The position numbers were made by a program, and so were the translations under genes. DNA of 57,160 bases from Amoeboaphelidium protococcarum X5 (Eukaryota > Fungi > Aphelidiomycota): the NCBI GenBank assembly GCA_023515725.1, contig JALDTO010000114.1:1-57160 (forward strand), written 5' to 3'. Shown here piece by piece: positions 1 to 12,535 of the stretch (position 1 is its first letter; every line of letters begins with the position of its first letter). The notes under the pieces are model-generated. The model saw only the letters and a list, made by a program, of their open reading frames with translations, did no database searches and was not told the origin of the DNA.

Positions 1-20
1 AAATGTTATTTTTTTTGTAG

Positions 21-632
21 ACTGACTCAGTCCGATAGTCAGTTTGTATATACAAACTGACTATCGGACTGAGTCAGAAGAGCCTGTCCATCGCCTCTGA
101 CTCTTCTCTGCTCACCGCCGGTACTCACAAAGGTAATGTATACATGTGGAAGTTGTCAACTTAGTCGAGTATGTTCAAAGCTGAGCAGCAATCGACACAT
201 GGCGAATAATAATAGCAAAAGTCCGCTAGTGCCCATACTGAATTCTTGCCAGTGTGTAAGTTGAAAGCCCATAACAATTACATGCTGAGGAGTGTGTTGA
301 GTCCGGACGTTAAACATCTCGCTACGGCTTCAGCTGATTCTACAATAAAGATATGGTCGTTGCAATCTGGAGAAAATTATAATCCTAGTGAGTATAATAA
401 TTCTAATACTGGCAATGGAGAAGGTGTCAGCTTAAAGTTGGAAAAGACTCTCACTGGACATCAGCGATGGGTGTGGGACTGTGCATTCTCTGCCGATTCT
501 GAGTATCTGGTCAGTGCAGCATCTGATCACACGGCGAGACTTTGGGATTTAAGTAGCGGTGAAAGTATACGGTAATATTAAGGCCACCATAAAGCTGCTG
601 TATGTGTGTCCCTTAATGACTACTCTATGTGA
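21..632 (+). CDS. LST8: TOR complex subunit LST8 (WD40), 3' part; gene begins upstream of the window
   Basis: With TAA/TAG=Gln the frame reads SLSIASDSSLLTAGTHKGNVYMWKL...LSPDVKHLATASADSTIKIW...GHQRWVWDCAFSADSEYLVSAASDHTARLW...IRQYQGHHKAAVCVSLND, ending at TGA 630-632. The exon start is uncertain (acceptor at 20, 77 or 80). Confidence 0.93.
22..77. repeat. Perfect 56-bp palindrome (inverted repeat with no spacer)
   Basis: ctgactcagtccgatagtcagtttgta-ta-tacaaactgactatcggactgagtcag is identical to its own reverse complement. Confidence 0.97.
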
Positions 633-752
633 TTTTGAAATTTGTAAATTTTATTCTAATTAAATGAAATAACAAACTGATACCACTTTAGACCAAATTT
701 ATTCGAAAAGACACATTAACTAATCAGACGGGATACAATACAAGATGCGGAC

Positions 753-3691
<2,939 letters not shown>

Positions 3692-4249
3692 AATGATGCT
3701 TGAAGATTATATCAATTAAATGCAATTTGAGAATGCAAGGAATCAAACAAATTAATGAGTGGTGAATTGAATATTAAAAGTTCAAATGGACCAATCTATC
3801 TATCCTAATATTAAAAAGAACAATATCAAACTCGGAATCTAAAGCTGTTGGTTGATTTTCAAAGGAAGAAAAGACGAAAGAAACGATTGAACGGACGGCG
3901 AAACCAAATTCTCTCTCCTCTTTCCGTTTCAAGCCAAAAATAGCGAAACATCATCGATTGTCGATCAACTAACTCTCTAATAATGATTAACATCGAGTTA
4001 CTGTATGTCTCGATCCCTCTCGATCTTTTCTTCGTAGTTGAAAGCTCAAATTACGTGAAACTGAACTGTGAATGAGTAAAACTCCGACCAACTAAACCAC
4101 TGTGAAACACTGGACGTTTCAAACTTGATCAGTTTTATGGTCAGTTGTCTGTTTGGTTCAGTCACAAGAAATTATTAAGTCACGATGCAATAAGTAAGAG
4201 AAACTTTTGACACATCAAGACTATTTAATAGTTAGTTTTACAATGCAAA

Positions 4250-5125
4250 TCATTCTTTAGATCCATTTTCAATACGATGATCCCAGTCTATGCGTTGATT
4301 ACCTTCTACGTACGCGCTCAATTTAAAGAACTCTGGTCCACCGACAAGACAGATTTCATTGCCATCCGCGTCGAGTAGAATTAAAACAGTCACTGTGGCT
4401 TTGCCTTCAGTCTCCAACTTGACCAAGTCAGTATGAATCTTGAACCCCTTCTAAATGACGCGCTATTTGAACACCTTCTCAATGCTCTCGGTGGGCGTCA
4501 CACTAATAGCCAATCGTCCACCAGCTTTATGGTGTTCAATCATACTTTCACACTTTTTAATTAGCAGATAATGGTCGCCACTATAATTCTAATTCTTTGA
4601 TAATGGATATTTCAATTTGGTCAAATCATCATCACTGCTGATCACTTCCATTTGCAGAATATCGCGGTAATAACTCACATTCTACTCATAGCTGTAAGAA
4701 TTCAAACAAACTCCAACAATTTCTGGGTCTTTGTCAACTTCCACCAACTTGAAACTATAGCCATCATTACTTGATACGTAATACGTTCCATCGTCCCCAG
4801 CACACTTGATATCAATACCACATTATCTACATCTTTCAATCAAACCTCTACCGTGAATCTCAATCCATGCCAAATCATTTCCCTTTTCATACTTTGTTAT
4901 ACCATAATTGAAAGCCAGTTCTAGCACAAAATGAGAGTCTTCATGCCCATATCCCACCATAGTCTTGGACCAAGGACGCGCGAATGGACCGTTGCACTAC
5001 GCGGCACACTCAGACTTGAATTCTTCATGTCTCAGCACCTTCATGCCCAGAACATTGACATACAGATCAATATCCTTTTTTAGATTTCCGCTTCTTAATA
5101 CCCAATGGAGCAATTACATTTACAT
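4250..5125 (-). CDS. GLOD4: Glyoxalase domain-containing protein 4
   Basis: [50 protein letters not shown] and [13 protein letters not shown] match the GLOD4 signature. 292 codons, intronless, TGA stop. Confidence 0.9.
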
Positions 5126-5294
5126 CTTAGAAGTTGTGTAATTATTATTATTTTCGCGGTGGTTGTTTGTGTTAGCTTGATTAAGATGATGATCGCCTAA
5201 AGATTTTTACGTCAGCGTTACTTCAATTCGTGATAAAGATGATAATACCGGCATATAAATATTCAAAGTCACAAACCTGACAATATATTTTTAT

Positions 5295-7947
5295 TCATAG
5301 TAACGCGTGGTCAATTTTCTCCTTGTAGAGAATGTACATTGTGGTAAATGTCTCCATCAGCTGCTCCAAAGGCGATTTCACTCCCACCTTACCAGCCTTT
5401 GTATTGTCACCACGAACAGCAGCATTATGATGATTTGATATCGCAGAGTGACCAGAGCTATGATTAAGCCACGTGTACAGGCGATATTCTTCAGAGGCGA
5501 CCAAATTACACAATTCCAGACATTTCTCCAGATTTTGCGGCATAACATTAATGGTCAACTTGTACAATTGAGATAGACTGTCTACAACAAGGGGAATGTA
5601 CATTCTACGCAAAGTGTCAAGTTCCTCCTATCGCTTTTAATTCTCTTCGTCGCCGTCAATATTTCCGCTAGAATGTACAACACCATCAACACCGGTAAGC
5701 CATGCCTCTTCCTAATTCTGAATGAGACATTGTAGACACGCAGTCTCAGCCCTGACAGTCAATTGCTCAGCATTCATATCATCAGACCAAGAGATTTTGT
5801 TCAACTTTAGCATCTACAAAGCAGCACCAACATCCTGATTCCATTACTAACTCACTGATAACGCTTAGATCAACTCCAAGTAGCACAGCAGCTCTTTCTG
5901 ATAGATGCGTGCTTTATCAGCGTGATTTCTGTCCAATTATTGCATATACTCAAGAGATGCAAAGGTGGGCAGAACTTCTTTCACTTTATTGACAAGACCA
6001 TTTGCGGCATTAACATCGCCATTCATCAGAAAGTATCTCAGCAATTGATTTACTCTTAATAAAGCATCGTAATCCATAGAATCATCTGCAAACATCCATA
6101 ATGCGGCATCAATCATTTTCATATCTAAATCATCCACAGCTTAGTCGATACCTTTGATAATCTTTTAGATGAACAACTTTTTATTCTCAAATGCTAATGC
6201 AAATGCAACTCTACATGCAGCCTTGGCATCGAGGCCGTATAAGACCATGTATTAAAACATTTCCACCTTTTCTTTATGTGGCATTTTAACCAATGACAAT
6301 AACATCCGACCAGCATACTTAGTCTACTCGACATATCCAACTTTAGATATATAGTCCAGTACAAGGTCAACCTTGTTGTATCCAAGCAATTGCTCTACGT
6401 ACAGTCCAATCACCAACTATGATAACTCTGCGGTGCACAACTTCAAATTAGGCAACTGTTCAGCAATGATCCAATGCACAGCAACTCTGAGCACTTGCAA
6501 GAATTATCTCTTATCACAGCTCGGAGATCGGTGCAATTACATAACATATTCCAAGGCGATCGATAAATTGTTCTCAATCAAAGACTGAAATAGGAGGGGA
6601 AATGGTGCATCGCGAGATTATGGATACAACTATCGTAATACACCAACCATATCTAGGAGCGACATGACGTGAACACTGTGTCCAGCCAGGCCATGACTTT
6701 GTGATAAGAATTGCTCAGTCTCAGCCACCAAAGACGCCTAGATCATGCACCATAGAGCATCTTACCAATTCTAACACGCCAGAAGCATATTATACAAATC
6801 ACCACAAAGAGACGCATATATAGCACGAACATAAACATCATGATGCGAGGATGAAGCAATTTGCTGACAAACGCCCAGAAATTACTTTCTATTGGCATTT
6901 CCACCAAGATAAAGATCCTCCATAGAAGTATCAACATCAGTCACTTGCTATTCTATTCCATTATAGAGCGCGCCATTAAGAGACGCACAGAGCCAATACA
7001 ACTTTTACTCCCTGCAAAAGGCTATTGCATCCGTAAATCTACCACTTCTAATCATATTCCATATGTTCTACATAGATTATTATGGCGTTATATTCTGAGC
7101 ATTAGCATTAGATTGTTGTTAACTCCCAAAGCCTTCATACATGAGCAATGAACCATTCTAAGATTAAAATGGCTATTACTATTATTATTAATCCAAGTGA
7201 AACTTATGAGTACGCTCCAACCACTCTTTAACAATAACCTTTTCCATAACTGAACTATTGTTATTGTAAAACTAGTGTACCAGAGAACGATCAGATGATC
7301 CAATATATTAACCTCCCATCTTCGTAACATTAGCATCATATTACTTGTCAGGCTAGTCTTACTATTATTACATTTGGCGAACTAGCAGCAAGTCGTGCAA
7401 CAAGGACCAAAACTACTTTTCCTAACTATAAGCAGCATCCTACTCCGTAACACCATCACCAGATTCAGGATTATAACAAGAGAGCAAGTGATAAAACTAT
7501 GCAAGCAAAGACTTCTGATCCCCAGTTGATAACTCTTAATCCCCATCCGCATCATCATCAGCAACAACGAGACGATCATCTTCAAGTACAAGAGAACATG
7601 ATTCCAGGCAATCAGAAAACTACTCCATCAGACGCATCTCACCCTCCAACTCATATTGCTCTTCATCAATCACCTCCTGAGTCAAGTCGAAAGCATTACT
7701 CTATGCCACAGTGCTGTACTTAAGAGCACTAGAACGATACGGTGTATGAGTACTGCGAAACTTTCTCTACGCCGGAGTAGCCAAAGCCTTCTTCAATGCA
7801 GACTATGACGTTCCTACATTTCCATAATTAGAAAAATGTATAATTGAAATTTATAATAATAATAATAATGATAAACAACAACGTACCATTCTTTATATTT
7901 CTGGCCTTCTGAGCAGGTCTATGTGCAGCAGGTGTAGGAAATTCCAT
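5295..7947 (-). CDS. NUP107: Nucleoporin Nup107/Nup84
   Basis: Start MEFPTPAAHR, intron 7814-7886. Motifs KEWLE, GNANRKQFLGVC...RAIYASLCGDL...CQNWQDALWC and C-terminal LRRMYIP...CLELCNLVASEEYRLY are typical of Nup84/107. Confidence 0.85.
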
Positions 7948-9559
7948 ATCGTGTACCAACTATCTCAACCAGATGCAGTAGATTTGTCAGTATTCAATGA
8001 AAGAATAACAGTGAAGGAAGGAAGAAAGAACGAGCAGAAGAGAACGACAAAGAGGAAAAGCCACACAATGCGCGAGCGAGAACTCTTTCTCTCTATCTTT
8101 ATCTCTCTCTCTCTCTCTCTTGTATCTCTACAGCTCTCTTACTATTCGATCACCGGGCGAACACCACTGTATAGAAGGAAGTACTCACAAATCGCAAATG
8201 TCCTTAAGCTTTATATGGTACGATGTTTGCTTGGGATTGAAATCACTATGCGACTACAGTTCGTGCAGATTTAAGGCTTGATGATTGTTGTGACACGATG
8301 AAAAGTTAAACTGGATTCCTCTTTCAGATGTCTGATCTTATTGAATTCTGGAAGTTAGACAGCTGTTCATAGATCTATCTACTGTTGAGTCTGATTATGT
8401 ATCATCATCTGATTGTTCTGCTGAAGTAAATGGTTTAGAATTATATTATAAGAACTTGGCTTTTGGAAAGATCACGATGTGGTCGCCTATAAAGATTATA
8501 GAGCTGTTTGGATCTCATAGATGAAAGGGAGCTGAACTTTATACGTCCTTAACACGTTGATATACAATGGCATTTTGTCAAGGAGCTTGTTGCCTATGGC
8601 GCTATCATTGAAAACGCGTCCAGAGATATTCCTCAGCCGCCTACTTAATGGGTCATATTATCCTGACATATCCTCCTGCTGCTGTATACACGTTGGTTGT
8701 TATACTCAGCTTAATCAACAAAAAGTTTGATCTGGACGCTGTGGTTGCTGCCAACGAAGAATTTATTGTCGAAAATCCAACCTTGGCTAAGAAAGTTGGT
8801 AGCTATAGGAATGCTGTGGCTGACTTTAGACGTGTTTAACGAGTGTTTGAAGAGCTGACTGAGAATAAATTCAGATGTAAAGTCCCTAATAATGATAGAC
8901 ACCTCTTGCTCCCTTATAGATAGATAGATTAAAGAAATGATAGGTAAGAGGAATCTTGAGATTGGTGACAGTCTGTATCAATTGGAGAGGGCAAAGGACA
9001 TTTGCTTCACTGATGGCGCCTTTGATGAAGCCAAATGGAATAGAAAGTGGACGACAAAGCGCGGACTGTAGATGTCTAACAAAGGAATTAAAGAGGTATT
9101 AAGGTAGAGGTATCTAGAACTAATACAGATATCATGACTGATTTAGGTAGTATGTTTTTGTACAATCATTCAATAACCAGTTACGTATAGGAGTTTTTAT
9201 TTGAGTGTAGAGCCTCTTCCACTAGCTGTACGACTAATTGTTCGCAATTACTGCAAGAAATTGTGGAAAAAGGACCTGGTAGGGATATTTTGAAGTCCAG
9301 CATATGTCTTACATAATGTCATCTCATGTAGTGTTTAGAGGTAAAATCAACTTGGAAGATTTTACAGAGGCTTTTGAGGTGAAATTTAACGCGCCGTCGA
9401 AACAAGAACAAGCTGATCATATAACTATGGCAATGTTCGGGCCTTATCCGGTTAGATTGATCCAAGAGATGTGTTAGATGATGTCTGATATGATCTAATT
9501 TCTGGTTATGGCATATATATCTCTTTGGCACAGTAATGGCTTTTAGTTAAGCGACTGCT

Positions 9560-10961
9560 GTAAATCTGGCACTTTTCGCTGGTAAGACGGCTGCGGTCAT
9601 GGTACCTGTTGGATTAGAGCCATCCCATGTATCGATCTTTGTGGTCCCTTTCCGTGCTCTGCTTATTAATCTGTAGCCGCTTCTTGGCCGCTCCTCGGTG
9701 CCTGTGGAAGTCAATCCTGCTTGGACCTCTACTCCTGGCTGAAGCTACTATCGTCTGAACACTGCATGGATCAGCAGTGCCTGCAATATCGTTTGGCATA
9801 GATGGGGCTGTTTGTCATAAATCCGCAGTAGGCGACTGAAATGAAGATGACAAAGCGCCTCCTAGCTTATTGCAGAGGAGGCGTAACGCGAGTATTGATA
9901 TTGAAATCATGAAGTAATGGACTTTATTCGAGTGGTTAACTCAAATTCTATTAAAGTCTATAACCGTCTTTACAACACTGTTGAAAAGGATAATCATTGA
10001 TGAAAACTGGGAGTTGCTTTTGGCTGCTGCCTACAGACCAGTGATGGTTCGCCTGCTCACTCTGCGGTCCAAATATTGTCAACTGGTTCTGCTGACTGGT
10101 ACGCTGAACACCTAGATAATGAAGGTGTTGGATTGGTCTTTTGGCACGACATTCCAGGTGATACGTTCAGATCCTGCACTCAATCTGAATGTGGCTATAA
10201 GATTGCAACGCTGTCTGGATGCAGCTGAGATGAACTTCAAATTGACTCTGGCTGTATAATCTTGTCCTGGTAAGATGGTTATATTCTGCCAATATATTTC
10301 AGAGCAGGCGGACATCGAGGCAGTTGTGGTGAAGGCTGTTGGATCTGGTCGCTCTGTGCCAGTATTTAATGGAAAGTTGACTACTGATGAGAAGTTGGAG
10401 CTTGTTGGGGAGTTTGAAGACTCTAGCGATTCAATTATGATCGCAACTTCGGCGTTTGGAGCTGGTGTAGATGTGTCTGGCCTAAATTCTGTCATTCATT
10501 TTGGTCCTCCTGCCACTGTGTTTGACTACATATAGTAGGTAGGCAGAGCAGGCAGAAGTCTAGAGTTTGGTATTGGTAAAGCTCTCCTACTCTTCTCATC
10601 TCACCATATGAAAGCTGTCCGATCTAGTGATGACTCTTTTGGCGGTTCTGCTAAAATGAACCAAATTCTGTTGGACAACGGCTGCATACTGCCTCACCTG
10701 TGCTCTGCACTGGATGCACCCCCAGTCTGCTGCGCGATTGTGTCCTCTGGCGATGCCCTTTGTAGCTGGTGCGAAAGGCAGTCCTCAAATCCTTCTAGTG
10801 TTATTCCATCTTCTAGTAAGATAGAGCGTACAGTGGCTGGATATGCGCTAAATGGTTTACAACAGTCTGGCCGCGATGCTACCGTCCAACGCGGAGCTGG
10901 CACACTTTCATCATCATTCCCCTGCATTGTATGGTATTAATAGGAAATTAGTAGATTCTGA
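9560..10961 (+). pseudogene. RecQ-like SF2 helicase, interrupted
   Basis: Motif I (AGKT, 9578-9589) and Ia (VVPFRAL) lie in one frame ending at TGA 9740-9742. A different frame (9840-10961) has II (IIIDENW), III (LLTGT), IV (VIFC), V (IATSAFGAGVD), VI (YIQQVGRAGR, both Q encoded by TAG) and a Cys-rich RecQ-type Zn region (C...CC...LCSWC). Motifs I and II are degenerate. Confidence 0.8.
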
Positions 10962-11636
10962 TCGGGAGTGCGAACTGGATAAAGACCCAACTTGCTTCGC
11001 ATTTGCCCTCTTCTGCTTCATGTGATTAAGTGTAGACAATATATTATATCCAAGTAGTTTTTAAGAGTTTAATGTTGCTTACTCAGTGCGCTGTTACACT
11101 CTACTCTCTAGGATCGCTCGGTAAACTCTTGGCGAGGCGACACCCAACCACTGACTATTAAGCAGCATGGGTAATAAATTAGGTTAGAACACCATAGAGC
11201 TGCCATAACTCAGAACTTATTGTATTCTGATAGTGAAGCACCTGTCTACTCTCCAATCTCAGCTTGGAATGTACCGTTTGCGGATTTATCACATCAATTG
11301 ACAGACTTGATCGCCCCAACTTTGTTAATTGGCTGCAGACTTCATTAATCCGCATATGCTCACCATTATAACTCTATAATATTTAGTGAACTAGTATATC
11401 ATTGGATGCGCTACAAGCTGGTACCAATGAAATTGGTCATTACTTGAGTGGCGACATTGTTACCCCCAGTTGAACTCCAGATAACACCATGTGTGGCTAC
11501 TTTTGCCCAATCAATCAACTATCTTGTCGCCATAAAACACTCCTACCACCCTAGGACTTAAAGGATCTATGCAGTAGACCATCAAGAATCTATAAATTCG
11601 TACTTCAAGTACTAAATCGCCAGCCTCGAAAGGTGA

Positions 11637-11700
11637 GATACTTTAGCCAGATTTTATGGCTAAAGTCAAAAGATTAGCCAGAATATATGGCTAAAGTGTC
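11637..11700. repeat. Tandem pair of hairpins (direct repeat of an inverted repeat)
   Basis: ctttagcca-gatttta-tggctaaag (11641-11665) and ttagcca-gaatata-tggctaa (11674-11694). The outer arms gatactttagcca / tggctaaagtgtc are also complementary with one mismatch. Confidence 0.9.
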
Positions 11701-12535
11701 TGGTACCTTGAGGGGTGAAGTAGAAACACTCATATTTGGAGTGGAGGTATATTTTGGAATGCTCTTTAGGATGGTACTATTGAAATTGGTAAAAGACTGA
11801 ATGGTGACACTTTTAGCTACGGATGAATGTCAAGATTGCACAGCCGCGACCAACATTGAGTAATCAATCAACTGTCAAACCATCAATTTTAAGACTATTG
11901 CCAATAAAAGGTATAATTCCCCATGTTGACAATGTCAATAAATCACAAGTCATTGTCTGACAGTTCCAGCCCTCTTACTCATGATTCCAGAAGCCAAAAT
12001 AGGTGGCGACTACTCTAGAGAATTTACCAGAGTAGGGGACACCTATTCTGGATACTATCTCGATGAGAAAACATGTTACGTGGTTGAAAATTACCATGTC
12101 CATACCTTATACACCACTTATAAAGAATCAATAGTAGAAATAAGTAGCTAATCTATATGGGTGAAGGCATTGCACGGCGAGTCCCAGTTGCTTTGAACCC
12201 ACATCGCTCGGAGTGGTTAATCTAATGCGGAATCACCAATATTAACAACAACGAGCTACATTAAGTGATTTTATGTCTTTGCTGTATTGTATATAAGCGG
12301 TCAACGTTATCTGAGTATTCAAACACGTCTATCCATGGTAAGACCAGGCGCTCATAATCAGGAAGGTTAAAGAGACGTGGACCTAAATCAACTAAATGCC
12401 ACACGTCAGTATATAGTTGAAGATGATCATGCATGAAAGTAAAAGAAGATGGCATAATTCTTCAATAATCTTTTTTAATGACACTACTAAATGATCACTC
12501 TCGATTATTATCTCACGCTAACTGGCATAATAAAA

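Larger units (their letters stand above)
8130..11710 (+). mobile_element. Decayed RecQ-helicase-encoding element or accessory island (boundaries approximate)
   Basis: A >4 kb gap between NUP107 and UBA1, in a window where other intergenic spacers are usually about 0.1-0.8 kb. Contains interrupted reading frames with helicase motifs and ends near a double-hairpin repeat. No TIR or TSD was identified. Confidence 0.5.

Noticed and set aside
7921-8274. 117-aa plus-strand ORF in the track
   Set aside because: It spans the NUP107 first exon (antisense) and the GA/CT-rich promoter, with low-complexity translation. Only its distal end may belong to the decayed element.
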